A DNA stretch of 64,000 bases, from NCBI GenBank assembly GCA_951406725.2, contig OX597820.1:7812001-7876000 (forward strand), in the 5' to 3' direction. Position numbers and translations under genes: made by a program. Positions within the stretch are counted from its first letter, which is position 1, and the number at the start of each line of letters is the position of its first letter. The notes under the pieces were generated by a model. That model was not told the origin of the DNA. It was given only the letters and a program-made list of their open reading frames with translations, and made no database searches. Of this stretch, positions 1 to 14,305 are shown piece after piece. The stretch comes from Octopus vulgaris. Taxonomy: Eukaryota.

Positions 1-985
1 GAACGGAAGATCAATAAGATGGTAAGGAAGTGGCTTGACCTTTTGAAGTGCCTGTCATCTGTCGCCCTTTATGGCAACCTGGATAGGCTCCAGATGCCCC
101 TGACATCACTAGTAGATGAGTACATAATCTCCAAGGAGCGCCTGCAATCGATGCTGTCTGAGTCAAGGGACACGGTGATTCAGGACAATCCACCAGATTT
201 GAACACTGGTAGGATGTGGGAGGTCACTGAGGTGATGCGGCAGCTTGATGAGATGACCCAGCATGCTGAAGTGCATGGAGTGATGATAGACGGCAGGGCT
301 GCTGTAGGTTTTATCAAGAGAGAGCAGTTCTGGTCTGAGTCAAGTGAACAAGAACATCGGAAGCTGCATGATCAACAAGTAAGACAGCTGGAAAATGAGA
401 GGCATCTGTGTCACGCAGCGCAACAAGCACAGCAATATCAGTGGCTGAATTGGGATGATATCGAAAAGCTGGAGTTGAAGTGGTCTGATCGGTGGCGAGT
501 GAGTGCAGGGCATTTGCAAGCTCTGATCCGGACTGCGTATGATGTGCATCTGTCTCCACCAATCTCAAAACAATGGGGTATCCAAGAGAGTCAACAGTGT
601 CCCTTGTGCGGGAAGTATGGCAGCCTCAAAAACATGCTATCAGCTTGCTCAAAAGCACTCCAGTCAGGATGGTATACATTTGGACATAATTTCGTGCTAA
701 ACGTTGTTGCTTCAGCTGCAAGAGAGGGTCAAGTGCCTGAACTGAGCTTGCGCAAGATAGCATTTGTGAAGCAAGGTGTGAGGCCAAATAGACAGAGACC
801 TCGGCAGGCCGAAGACAGAAAATGGGAGCTGTTCGTAGACAAGCCATTGCCTGAAAGCATCGTTGTGTCAGCACTCCGATTTTGGTAGATGAGGGTCAAA
901 GACGTGTGGTCCTTGGGGTGTTTACTGTGCCATGGGAGGAGAGCATAGCTGAGGCCCATGACCGGAAGCTGTTGGACGATGTGAA
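1..985 (+). mobile_element. Non-LTR retrotransposon 3' fragment, HERO-like (zinc knuckle plus decayed restriction-like endonuclease)
   Basis: ORF 19-888 has W-x-W...LIRTAYDV..P..WG....CPLCG...LKNMLSACSKALQSGWYTFGHNFVL (CCHC/RHD region). After the stop, TVPWEESIAEAHDRK continues. The pattern matches HERO-clade C-termini as I recall them. Confidence 0.8.
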
Positions 986-1073
986 GGGGCCAAATCGTTT
1001 AGTAAGCACAGTGTTTAGCTGGAGATAATGAGTATTGTCAATGTGGAGGTCTTGCAGAAAGTCAAATAATTAG

Positions 1074-1075
<2 letters not shown>

Positions 1076-1120
<45 letters not shown>

Positions 1121-1177
1121 GCAGCAACAACAACAATAATAATAAAATTACTCATGATGATGATGATGATGATAATG
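1076..1177. repeat. (AAT)n/(GAT)n microsatellite
   Basis: Direct reading. Confidence 0.95.
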
Positions 1178-1374
1178 TTGGAGTGGTTTGTTTGACATGA
1201 GTTGTGACTGAAGAGAATCTTTCTAATGAACACATTGAAAGGTGTTGCGATCGTCTGCATTTGTTGTTGGAGAGAGATGGGGGTGAGGGGAGGGGAGAAG
1301 GGCAAAATAAATAAACTTCATCTAAACAATAAACTAGAACATACTAAACAATAAACTAGAACATACTACAGGTA

Positions 1375-1379
1375 TGTAT

Positions 1380-1424
<45 letters not shown>

Positions 1425-1670
1425 TATGCATGTATGTAAATATACACATGCATACACACATATATAGATATACAATCATGTATACATATATGTATATATG
1501 AGTGTGTGAGTGTGTGCATGAGTGCATGAATATATACACATATACATATTGAAACATATATATAGAGAGATATAAATTTATGCATAAATATATCAACACA
1601 CGTATGTTTATTTACGTATATATACATACATATGTATGTGTGTGTGAGCGTGTGTGTATACCTTCATACA

Positions 1671-1710
<40 letters not shown>

Positions 1711-1917
1711 GAACCTATACATGTGCATGTGTATGGATATATATAAATAAACAGTCGTATATGCGTAACCTGTGTGTAATATATTTAGGTACGCGTGAGT
1801 ACATATATATTTACATGCAATACGCATTATATATATATATATACGTATATATATATTCATATATATATATATATACACATACAAACACATGAATAAATAC
1901 ATACATATACATATATC

Positions 1918-1972
<55 letters not shown>
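1375..1972. repeat. Compound (TA)n/(GT)n microsatellite block
   Basis: Direct reading; explains the low-complexity ORFs here. Confidence 0.95.
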
Positions 1973-1974
<2 letters not shown>

Positions 1975-2733
1975 CTTTCTAAATTTTTCATCAGTAGCTA
2001 TAATCTTGGAGAACTTTGGTCTGACACGAATAATTCTTGAAAATCTTTCTTGTTTCTTTCCGATCTTTCTGCCTCTGTTTCGCAGGAACCGTTTGATTCG
2101 ATTGCTGAAGGCGTCTCGACTGAATTTCATGTCAATTATTCGCCATGATGGCTTGCAAAAGAATTAACCAACACAAACAATAGAATCATTAGCGAAAAGT
2201 AACAGGTATTCAAACAAGCCGTAGATCTCTACATGCACACATGCACACACACAATAAACATAAATATATCGTTATAAACCCGTATATACACATATATATA
2301 TGTGTGTGTGCGTATGTACATATATATATATGTAAAAAACACATCTCTATGCGTACACACGCACACACATTTGTGAGAATAGTTAGGTAGACATATGTAT
2401 ATATTTATTCTTGAGTATACAAATGTGATGTGTATCAACTGGCCTTGCTCTCTTTAACACCTAGCGAAGAGACATAAGCGGAGCAAAAGTCTCATAACTT
2501 TCAAGCGGACCCTGGGCGAATATCTCCAACAAATTCCAGATAAACGCCCTCCAACTAGACATACCCGTGCCACCAAAAACTCTTTACTCGAATGGAGTCC
2601 CAAAGAATATTTGTAATATGAAACATCGTTAAATGTCTTTTCCGGGTGACGCCATAAAGTTAGGCATAGCCTGCAACAATTCTGACCGAAACTTATTTAC
2701 GTACGTTACTGTGCGTGTGCATGTGTATGTATA

Positions 2734-2777
<44 letters not shown>

Positions 2778-2858
2778 TATGTATGTATATGTGTGCAGTC
2801 TTTTACACTTTTATTCGTCCCAAACATAGAGACCAGTAAAAGTATTGCAGGTGCTTCT

Positions 2859-2926
2859 ATAGATCTTTTTTTTTTGTAGATCTTTTTTTTTTTGTAGATC
2901 TTTTTTTTTGTAGATCTTTTTTTTTT
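2859..2926. repeat. Four tandem copies of (TAGATC-polyT-G)
   Basis: tagatctttttttttttg repeated four times with variable T run. Confidence 0.85.
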
Positions 2927-3410
2927 CTTGCTCAATGTGTGTATGTCTGTATAAGTGTAAATGTTAGTATGTGCGGCGTGTGAATAAGGAAACTCGGTAA
3001 TACTGAGTTAGTCTCACACGGAGTCTGGGATGTCAATCAGTCGAAATGTTTCAAGAATATATTTCCGTCCACACCATTTTGATCTTCCATAGATTTCATT
3101 AACATAATAAATCCAGATACCCTCCCCCTCCCTCAATGATGCAGTTGCCACCGCGTTGTACAAAACACATATATTAATATCACATCTTAATATCACAGGC
3201 CCGCATATACGCATACACGCATGCACGCATTTGATACATGCGCAGCTGATATACACCGCTGGTACTACACATACTCGTGTTTATGCGCACATATGCTTTG
3301 CTGATACCCAGCCTCACCCACACGTACACTCTCACTTCGCAAGCACGTACACACGCACCGTAGTACTGATGTCATGTACCTCCACCTACACACACGAACG
3401 CCCACAAATG

Positions 3411-3442
<32 letters not shown>

Positions 3443-3562
3443 TATAGCAGATAAATGTTCATATGCAACAGACATGTACATCCACGCTTTCATACACGTG
3501 TCATACACACGCATATATGCATACACGCACCGGCCATCGATGACGCTTAAATTATTTCATTT

Positions 3563-3790
3563 ACCTATTTCTTTACTACCCACAAAGGACTAAATACAAA
3601 GAGGACAAACAAAGACAGACAAAGAGATTAAGTCGATTAAGTGCGTAACTGGTACTTATTTAATCGACCCCGAAAGGGTGAAAGGCAAAGTCGACCTCGG
3701 CGGAATTTGAACTCAGAACGTAACGGCAGACAAAATACCGCTAAGCATTTCGCCCGGCGTGCTAACGTTTCTGCCAGCTCGCGCCGCCTT
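3563..3790 (-). mobile_element. tRNA-derived SINE family A
   Basis: Minus strand has A-box-like GCTGGCAGAAACGTT, B box GAGTTCAAATTCC and core GCCTTTCA(T/C)CCTTTCGGGGTCGAT..AAGTACCAG (resembles the Meta/Sauria-SINE core). Many copies in the window. Confidence 0.85.
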
Positions 3791-4029
3791 AAATTCTTTA
3801 ATTTACCATCCAGTCACGCGGTCCAAGGAATCCAGATTAGGATCTTTGTTTTGATGTATTTGAAGTCGCTGCTGCATTTCAATACTATTTCCAACAACAC
3901 CATGCCATGCCCCATGATCAATGCTGGCCCACACTCCAGGATCCGGCTTGGACTTTCTAGATCTCACCATTCGGCGACCAGAGCCTAGCAAGCTAGGTTC
4001 CTGCGCAGAGCCGACGAAACTTTAAGCTG

Positions 4030-4210
4030 CTTGTAGCAGAATGGAACCATTTGATGTGATCGCAGAATTCCGAAAGCGCAGGTTCCACAGGGCTGGACAC
4101 GTTGCAAGCTTCACCGACAACAGGTGGAGCCGAGCAGTTACCGAAATTGGAAGCCCACTGTGCCGAGCGGTGCATAAGAGCGTCAGATGGTCTGGTCGAC
4201 ACCGACATAC
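4030..4210 (+). mobile_element. RTE-clade LINE 3' fragment
   Basis: [31 protein letters not shown] resembles the RTE C-terminal motif WAGHVxRxxDxRW. Confidence 0.55.
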
Positions 4211-4220
4211 TATGTTATAT

Positions 4221-4294
<74 letters not shown>

Positions 4295-4365
4295 GCATAT
4301 ATATATACACATACACACATATAGAAAGAGAGAGAGGGGGGAGAAAGAATAGAAAACATATATAT

Positions 4366-4674
4366 GTGGAGGATCAATGGCCCAGTGGTTAGGACAGCAG
4401 ACTCGCGGTCGTAGGATCGCGGTTTCGATTCCCAGACTGGGCGTTGTGAGTGTTTATTGAGCGAAAACACCTAAAGCTTCACGATGCTCCGGCAGGGGGT
4501 GGTGGCGATCCCTGGTGTACTCTTTCACCAGAACTTTCTCTCACTCTTTCTTCTGTTGGCCTGCTCGCTTAGCCAGCGGGGTGGTGTCATTTGAAGGCTA
4601 AAACAATGCGAAGCGCATTGTGACCATCGATGTGTATCAACACCTGATAGCCTGGTCAGTCACGCGACCACCTG

Positions 4675-4676
<2 letters not shown>
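4366..4676 (+). mobile_element. tRNA-derived SINE family C, tail type 1
   Basis: Head with TGGCCCAGTGG A box and GGTTTCGATTCC B box; same family as 14611-14924. Confidence 0.9.
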
Positions 4677-4705
<29 letters not shown>

Positions 4706-5244
4706 CTAGAGGGGTGGATGGAAAGCTAGCCACATTAATTTCATTCTATAGATGACAGAGAAATCTCGCGACTAATTATGCTACATTAAACAACAAAACA
4801 AAAAACAAAGCCTCCATTAATGTCACACCATAATACCGCCATTTTTGCTAATTATGCAACACTGAATAATTAATCAATGTCACTAAATGATGCAAATATT
4901 TTTGCTAATTACGCCACAGAAAATAATTAATCAATTTTGTTACATGTCACTATTTGTTAAATTATGTTACAACAAATCATTGATGGACGCTTGCTACATG
5001 TTGTTGTTTTAACTGAATAAATTGAATTTTTCGACTAAAATGAACTGCTATCATCTTTGCTGCACATTCACATGCACATGATGTGCGTGTGTATGTGTGT
5101 GTGTGCGCGTGCGCGCGCGTGTGTGAGTGTTTAGATATATTACAATCATCATTGTTACTATGATTATTATAACGGTTATTATTATTACATTTATTATTAT
5201 TATTATTATTTTTTACTATTGTTGTTATTATTATTATTATTATT

Positions 5245-5279
<35 letters not shown>

Positions 5280-5280
5280 T

Positions 5281-5847
5281 CTCTCTTTATCTCAAGTTTT
5301 GTTGGAGCTCCTGGAATCTTGCATGCGTAGCGGGCTTACTACCTGCAGTCTTTGGTACCATGCTGTTTGTTCTTTTCAGCTAATACTTTCCTGATTATTC
5401 TGGCCGTGTCAAGGAGGCAAACCTTTCGTAACAGTTCTACTGGGAACTCTGTTCCAATTTCCTTTATATTCCTCTTGATCCCTTCTGATACAGTCCCCAA
5501 GGACCCAACAATAATTGGCACTATCTTCACCTTCTTCATTTTCCATAGCCGAACTATTTCATACTTAAGAGGGTTGTATCTATCTATCTTTTCGCCTACC
5601 TATTCGTGGGTCAAGGGGGCATGCAACATCAACTATATAGTATATGTGGTGCACCTTGTCCACCACCACTAGGTCCGGTCTGTTATGCTCCAGCACCTGA
5701 TCTGTTTGGATTGGGAAATCCGAGTGGATTCTGCTAGTCTCCGACTCCGCCATACTCTACGGTTAGGGCTCATCCCACGTCTTGCCTCTCTCTAGCCCTC
5801 ACTTTTCGCAGTTTCCAATGCACCACTTTCGCTACCTGGTCGTGTCC
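5281..5847 (-). mobile_element. R4/Dong-like non-LTR retrotransposon 3' fragment (RLE endonuclease)
   Basis: Minus strand gives RHDQVAKVVHW, FPIQTDQVLEHNRPDLVVVDK..IVDVACP and VPIIVGSLGTV...ARIIRKVL. The 3' end abuts (ATC)/(ATT)n. Near-identical copy at 52871-53297. Confidence 0.85.
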
Positions 5848-6639
5848 CCACAACTTGTAGTAGTTTGGGGCGAGTCTAGAGTATTCGTTCGTGATATGGG
5901 CAACGCAGATGTGGCACAGCAGAAAAGTACTTTTGAAAAGTATTGGAATTTTATTGGCTCAGATATCCTGTAATTAGTCTTTCGAAGGCAAATGGAAACT
6001 CTTCCGTTTCTTAGCATTTCACAGCCTCCAAACTTAGGAAATTCTCATGTAATGTGGCCTAGTTTGTTTTGTGACAACCTCTTCTACGCATGCTTCTTTG
6101 CTTAGAGCTGACTGGTGTCCAGCTCCTCTTTCTGACTAGCAAAACTTGCAAAAGACGGCTTGTTCTTGCTTATTGTCATTTAAGCTACAACCATTTTTAC
6201 TTTCTTTGCGTCTCTGACATCATTATATACCGTCTTTATAACATACATCTTTGTCCAATTATAGTTTTATCTGTTGATTTTGTTTTAATCTATTCATTTA
6301 CTTGTTTCAATCATTGGACTGTGGCCATGCTAGAGCACCGCCTTGTTTACGATTTTCAAAAATTTCGGCTTACATTCGCTCCAATCATCTCTCTGGCGGT
6401 CGTGGCGAATACTAGATAAGCGGCCATATTGATGTGCTATGAGACAGCAAAATGAATATCTGTAAAAAAATATGTGAAGGCAGTTAAATATATCGAAACA
6501 AACATCCCCCTCATCATTGCCAGGGGAGGGGTGTGGGTGTTTAAATATTTCTAAATCTGGTATTGACATAAAACATACTCCAAACCTTTTCTCTGGGAAT
6601 TCTGGGAAAGAAAATTTAGTCCGAGATGTTTACAACAAG

Positions 6640-7140
6640 CGACAACAACAGCAGCGGCTGCAGCAGCCAAAATAGTAACCACCACCACCACCAACACCAC
6701 TACCATCGCAACAACAACAACAACAACAACGACGACGACGACGACGACGATGACAAGTATAAATATTACTACTGCCGGCATTACTACCATCATTAATAAA
6801 GAAAAGATTATGATTACTATCATCATCATCATCATCATCGTCATCGTCATCATCATCATCATCATCATCATCGTCATCATCATCATCATCATCATCATCT
6901 AATGATAACAGTGCTGCTGCAGGTGCCGCTGCTGTTAATAGTATCGATTGTTTTCCTTTACTGGTCGCAAATACAAATAACGAATCAACAACACCGGAAT
7001 AATAAAGAATAATTAATAACGATGTTAATGATGATGAGAATGATGACGACGACGACGACAATGGCGATGATGATGATAACAAAAACAAACAATAATAATG
7101 TGTTCTTTATTAATAACATTATTATTATTATTATTATTAT

Positions 7141-7212
<72 letters not shown>
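6640..7212. repeat. Compound trinucleotide microsatellites (CAA, GAC, CAT, ATT, AGT)
   Basis: Direct reading. Confidence 0.9.
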
Positions 7213-8331
7213 AAGATTTGTTTTGTAATCTAGTAACGATTTAATAGTAATGAGTAATCAAATGATATGGGTAATTATAAATAATTGACATGGTGATAAA
7301 ATAATGCGTTAGACACACATACACATATACACACACATGTACAGTATGTATATAATGTACTAATATGTGTATATTTGTGTATATATATACATATGTAATA
7401 AGTATACACACACAAACTTATGTGTAAATATGTACACATATACATACCTAATATATGTATATACACACATATATATACATATGTAGGTATATATAAATAA
7501 GTATACATACACAAACTTATGTATAAATATGTACACATATACATACCTAATATATGTATATACACACATATATATATACATACCTAATATATGTATATAC
7601 ACACACATATATATATATATATACATATGCATATATGTACATGTATGTATGTATCTTAATGTTAAAAGTGAGTGGGAGGAGGAAGACAGCAACGATGAAA
7701 CAGCGAGAGGGAGAGAGAGTGAGAGGACAACAGAGATATGAAGCAATATTTGAGAGAGAGAGAGAGAGAGTTGGAGGGGGGATGAGGGAAGAACAAAGAG
7801 TATATATTAAGAGTGGTGAGAGTAAAAAATGGCGGTGTGATTACGTCTTCTATGGTCCTTTTTTTATACATTAGTGACCCACTTGTAGCTTCCAACCATA
7901 CACAGGCACATCACACACACAGACACGCATTTCAGACACACATTCACACACATTACACATGCATATACACATGTACATACACAAACACACACACGCGCAC
8001 ACTCACACACATACCCGTATACAAATGGATAACACCCGTTGATAGACAATATAACAATGTGGTCCATTTTTCAACTTCAGAAATGCAATCACTGTTACCC
8101 ACGAACTAACGTATACACTTGTGCATGTGTGTGTGTGGTGGGGTGTATCCTTTATTTCCTTTTTATATTCCAGCCCAAAGTTTGCGTCCATGTTGGCGAA
8201 TATATATACACATACACACTGCAAATTTAGGGTGAATATTTGATAAGTGTAAGCACCTGTGTACGCCAGATAATGGCAGAGGTGAGAGAGAATATATCAA
8301 ATAAAATCAAATACAGAACACAAAGGATATC

Positions 8332-8422
8332 GCGGTACACGTATTTCAAGCTTTATAAACGACCTGTTCTTACATCAGATTATAATTGATATAAAAGATG
8401 GTTTAAAGCTCGCTTCAGCCGC
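8332..8422 (-). ncRNA. Type I hammerhead ribozyme motif with long stem II (PLE-type)
   Basis: gcgg-CTGAAGC-gagcttta..taaagctt-GAAAT-ACGT-GTA-ccgc. The inverted copy at 8651-8657 keeps the canonical CTGAAGA. Confidence 0.65.
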
Positions 8423-8679
8423 AAAGATTGTTATTCCAAAGAGTTACATCACACTATAAAAAATATGAAAAGTACATGTAGTATTACCCATTATAATAGG
8501 TATATCATATCTCCTTGAGAAAGTGTATTTGTAAAATTTCGTAACTGTATAACTGTATAAAGGTTCATTGGATTTCGAAAATCTGTCCATACGTATCACC
8601 AGTCAACATTTATAGTGTGATGTAACTCTTTGGAATAACAATGTATGCGGCTGAAGAGAGCTTTAAACCATCTTTTATA
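8390..8679. repeat. Spaced inverted repeat (about 70-bp arms) of a PLE-like remnant
   Basis: 8390-8460 is the reverse complement of 8609-8679 with few mismatches. Confidence 0.9.
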
Positions 8680-9969
8680 CACATACACATATATTAAATG
8701 ATATAGTTATGGAGACTTACATTCAATACTTTAAGTTTTTGTATCCATAGATCAACGATCATTGCACGTCATCATCTTTTGCAACGATCATCGAATTGTC
8801 GACAGAACCTTCGACTGAACAGACTATATTTCCACACAAGAGATTTATGGGTGTATTCCATACTTTGAATAGTTCCATCCACTCTGTGCCGAATAGATTA
8901 AACCGGCCAATAAATTTTTCATAATTTTTATGAATCCTTCTTGTTTTTTCGTAAAATTCACACAACAAACTTTGTGAGTTTGTTACCTCTTCATGAGTTG
9001 TTAATTCCTCGTAGAGTTTATTAATTCCTCGTGAATTGTTTAAATCCTCTTCGAGTTTATTAACTCTCCGTGAGTTGTTTACATCCTCACCGCCACTGTT
9101 ATATATTTTCAATATTGGATTGTTATAACGCCCACTTCGGTGTACAGTACACTTAGTAAAACCACTAAAGACACGACTATCCCTGACCACCCACTACGTA
9201 CTCTGGTACTTCACGTACGTCTCTTTACTTATAGTGACTAGGTTATTCCATTCGTCACGTACCATTATTACTAATTCCCTTCAACAATTCCATTATTAAG
9301 CAAATATACCCGACCCTTTCTCTCCAGCAACAGATTTGACTGAAATCTGTTCCTTACTTACACTTTTCCCTCCCACCACTAATACATGGATTCTCAAATA
9401 AGACATTTTCTTTAAGGACCACAACTAGTAATAGTTTAAAATATAACTTTATGTGAAATGGGTCCTGTTCCGCCTTATTAATAAACAAAAGAAACGAATA
9501 ACAGTATCACTAATAAAGTTTGGCCATCGTAGCACTTTCAGCTCTGTAAGCCACGGTTTGAGAATCTTTGTTTGATGAACAGGATGTATGACAAACACTG
9601 AATGACAAACGCTTCGTATGATCAATACTGAATGAAGTTTGATAAAAAGTATAGATTGAAAATCTCGATGTATGATAAATGTTATGTATGACAAAGATGG
9701 AATGATGATCGCGAAATATGATACGTAGTCGTAACTGATAGAAAACTTTTCTGTGACAAACGGTGAGTATGACAAACATCTTGTATAACAGACACAATGT
9801 ATGGCAAACACAGATAAACGTCAGGCACTTCGTTGTAGTTTAATGTCGACATCTTCTACACAAGAAAAATCTATTTATATATAAATTTCAACGAATAACA
9901 AGGTTTTCGATTACAAAAGAAAATCGTATCAGACATACATAAGATGCACACACTCACTTACACACACAT

Positions 9970-10013
<44 letters not shown>

Positions 10014-10087
10014 ACACACACATACATGTATTTGTGTGTATGCATATATATTGTTATATACACATATATATATACATATATATTTAT

Positions 10088-10177
<90 letters not shown>

Positions 10178-10919
10178 CATCACATATGATAAAACTATTG
10201 TATGGTTTCATTTCATAAATTGAATATGTTCTGAAGTAAATGTAGGATACAGTTGAAGTTCTCTGTGTTTCTCTGTGATTCTGGATTTTCCCTCTAATTA
10301 AAAGAGACAGTCATAAATGTCGGCTGACGCCAGTGCAGCCTTCTTCACTGTTTGCTGTTCGTCCTAACAGATGGCGCCACAACTAATATGTCACCCGATT
10401 TGACACAATCTGGTCCCAGCCGTGCTTACGGGTTGACTTTATTCTCTTGAAATCATTCGAACCCGTTTCTTGCACCCCGCTCCCCCCACCCACACTGCTC
10501 AAGTTCTTCCTTCAAACAGTCACATGATTATTTTCGCGAGGGGTGGTCACCACTGCTGTATAGTCCCCCAAGGACGTCTAAAATTATTACGGATAAGAAA
10601 TCAGAAAAAATGGGAACACTATGAAGTGGTCACTTCATTTTCTAGAAACAACAGCCAATAAATTCACAACCTGCCTTCTAAAACAAGAAACAATATATTT
10701 CAAGCTTCAGCCCCTGACTTCATGAAATTGACGGGATGGTCGTGGCTGGTATAAAGGACAACAACAACTTATACTCACAAGCATTCTCACCCCTATGTAT
10801 ATATGAGTGTGCCTGGGTGTACAGACGTATGAGTGTGTGTGTGTGTGTGTGTGTTTTAATAATAATAATAAAATGACAATAAAAGAATGAGACCTCGATA
10901 TTATGTAATAGAAGAATTC

Positions 10920-10951
<32 letters not shown>

Positions 10952-11035
10952 GTATGTATATATATACACATACATACATTGATAGATAGTAATATGAAGA
11001 TATATATATGTATATGTATGTATAGATTTAAGTAG

Positions 11036-11260
11036 GTGGAGTCGTAATGGCCCACTTTCTCTCACTCTTTCTCCCTGTTTCTATTTTACCTGTATTTTGA
11101 AGGGCCGGCTTTGTCACACTCTGTGTCATGCTGAATCTCCCCGAGAACTACGTTAAGGGTAAATGTGTCTGTGGAATGCTCAGCCACTTGCACGTTAATT
11201 TACGAGTTCCGTTGATCGGATCAGCTGGAATCCTCGTCGTCGTAACCGAAGGAGTGCCAC
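11036..11260 (+). mobile_element. SINE family C, tail type 2, internally deleted head
   Basis: gtggagtcgtaatggccca joined directly to ctttctctcactc; tail matches 26060-26250. Confidence 0.85.
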
Positions 11261-11684
11261 GAATATAGGTAGGTAGGTAGGTAGGTAGGTAGGTAGGTAG
11301 GTAAGTAAGTAGGTACGTACGTACGTACGTAGGTATACAACCAAGACCTTGGATTAGTGAATTGGACAATCACGGCCTTCTATTGTTCAACTTTCTTCGC
11401 TTTTGAACGAACAATATATTTTGTAAGTCACTATGTTTAGGGTTGGACGACCAAGACATTGGTTAATGTCTCTTTTGCAGCCTTATCGCGTCCAAGGCTT
11501 TAGATTGGTGTCTTTTTTTTTTTTTTGATGTTGAGATGAGCAAGATTAAATTTTTGTTTTTTCTTTTGGGTGGAGGGTGGGGTGAAGTGTTTGGTAACTC
11601 CAAGATTTTGAATTCATGACTTTTTAACTTTAGGACAACCAAGAACATGAGTACTTATTTAGACTTGGCATGACAATGACCTTG

Positions 11685-11910
11685 GATTCGTGTGAAGCAT
11701 GGAGTTGATTCTTTAATGGTTTGGGAAGCCACATCATGAAATTCTTTCGCCACTTTAGTTGTTCTGCTTGGCAGACTTAATACCAAAATGTAGCCGAATT
11801 ATTTGGCTGATCATTCCCGTCCTGTGCTACAGACATAGTTTCCTGATGATAACACAAGCTTCTAGGAAATAAGGCGTCGGTTCACACGGCTGCTGTTATT
11901 CCAAATTAAT
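11685..11910 (+). mobile_element. Decayed Tc1-like transposase fragment
   Basis: VKHGVDSLMVW...LADH..P...FPDD...NKASVHTA resembles KHGGGSVMVW and FQDDNAPIHTA. Confidence 0.55.
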
Positions 11911-12098
11911 TCTTGAAAAGAAACTGTATTTTGGCACTGGTAGAATGGGTAAACGTGGAAATTTGGTTTGATGTTACCTGTACATTTCTCTATGTGTTCA
12001 CTTAAAGGAATCTACCTGTATTGCGGGAACCGGATCTGCTCTATCAAAATTCCTCCCTTTATGTTTTATATATATATATATATATAGATATATATATG

Positions 12099-12262
12099 CA
12101 ACAGGCTTCTTTCAGCTTCTGTCTACTCAAAAAGTCCACTCACGAAACCTTGGCCTGCCTGGAGCTATAGTAGAAGACAGCTGCTCAAGGTGCGACGCAG
12201 TGGGACTGAACCTGGAGCCATGTGGTTGGAAAGCAGGCTTTTTACCACACACCCACGCCTTC
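12099..12262 (-). mobile_element. SINE family B, 5' part (diverged)
   Basis: Reverse complement of the family B head and CORE-like segment. Confidence 0.7.
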
Positions 12263-12505
12263 GCCTTCACACATACAAACATATATATGTATGTATGTGT
12301 GAATAAATATATATTACATGTGTGTATTTGTGATAGACAATGGCCAGGAAAAGGGAGAGAGAGAGAGAGAAGAAATGGATAGAGCGATCTATAGTGTTCT
12401 AGTATCTTCTGCTCTCTGTGTACAGCTTCAAATCCTGTAGTTTTCTAATTCTGTTTCTGTCTACATGTATGTGGTCGCTTGTGAAACTGTGAAGGATGTT
12501 TGCTT

Positions 12506-12536
<31 letters not shown>

Positions 12537-12810
12537 TACGTGTGTGCGCGCTGTGTATTGTGTGCATATACGTGTCTAAGTGTCTTCGTATGCGATTGTA
12601 TCAATCGTCATCTAAGTCTGTCTGTGCACACGCGTGTCTATGTAATCTTTATATATTGGTTTATAACGGTCGCTATGTATATCTATGCATGTGTGAGTGT
12701 GTGCGCGTGCGTGACTGTTTTTGACTATGTCTGCCTGTCTGAGTGATACGTGCGTTGGTACCTTGTATACGAATGTGTGCATACGAATAAGTGCGTGCCT
12801 ATGTATGTGT

Positions 12811-12871
<61 letters not shown>

Positions 12872-13512
12872 TATGTTCATTAAAAAGAATACTTTTTCTA
12901 AAGTCGTTTTCGGTGATTTGTTTAACAAGACGCTCCTTACGTGCTTCTCACGTCCAACAAATCACGGACACTTTGCTCATTACCTGATGAAGAAAAGGCG
13001 CAAATAATGTCGCTAAGTATGACCTGCTTCATTCCTGCATAATAGCACAATGGTTTACCATTAAAGCATCTTCTAACACCCAGCGGAACGGCTTCCATCT
13101 ATTCCCCCCCCCACCCCGCCACTACACACACTCTTTCACTATATCGATGTTTAGTCGTCCTTTCCAGAATTACCAGCTCCAATCCGAAAATTACGTGGTC
13201 GACGACATTACACTTGTTCTTGCTCGAGTTATCTGCCCATGAATTTATTCTGTCTTTCCGCATCGTTGCTCGTTCTCCGTAAACATACTCAAGGAAACAC
13301 ACAAACATACGCATACACACACACACATACACACGCATACACACACACACACACACACATTTACACATTTTATACCGGATATTTCTGTCGTCTATATAAA
13401 CGTGTATTTGCATGAAAGCTAATATATATATATGGGAGGATATATCATTATATATATCATTAAATATATCATATCTATATATATTTACATACACGCATAC
13501 ACTAGCACAAAT

Positions 13513-13598
<86 letters not shown>

Positions 13599-14244
13599 GC
13601 ATATATATATATATATGCATATATACGTATATTCATATATATATACATATATATATGTATATACATACATATATATATTCACGTATGTAATGTATGTATA
13701 TGTATATATATATATGCATATCCATATATGTGTGTGTGTGTGTGTGTGCGAGTGTGCGCGTGCATGTATGTAAATGTATATAAATTTTGTATAAAGCTAT
13801 CGCCCCAGCATCCAGAGAATCGACTGAGTCGTGTTGATTGCCATTTGCCAAACACGTTTCTTATTTCGTTCTCTGAAGATTTCATGAAATCGGTCCCGGA
13901 ACGACCACTGAAAGTCTGCACAGTGGTTCTATCGGTTAGAAAAACAGATATATATATTTATTGCATCACGTTCATTGTCTCTTAAACAAAGGGGAATTCA
14001 CCGATGCCATGCAGTCCCTTAAATGTAGCAAGATGGAAAGGTGACGTCTGGAATATCTTTCATCATCGGGCAGTCATGGTTTAAACAACAATTACGGGAA
14101 TTACAATTTCGGTTTCGCTGCAGTATGCATAATTCGAATTCACCAATGAGTATAAGTGATTTACTGTGGTTCTTGAGCCGTTTCAGCTCTTATTTCTAGC
14201 AATGTTGTGTACTATCTTACACCCTCATTATGAATTAATATATA

Positions 14245-14300
<56 letters not shown>

Positions 14301-14305
<5 letters not shown>

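Noticed and set aside
1975-2130. Host exon (basic peptide MKFSRDAF...)
   Set aside because: No recognisable domain or convincing splice context; the ORF is lengthened by microsatellite.
13870-13900. HHR at ctgaagatttcatgaaatcggtc
   Set aside because: No room for a proper stem II and no stem I pairing.
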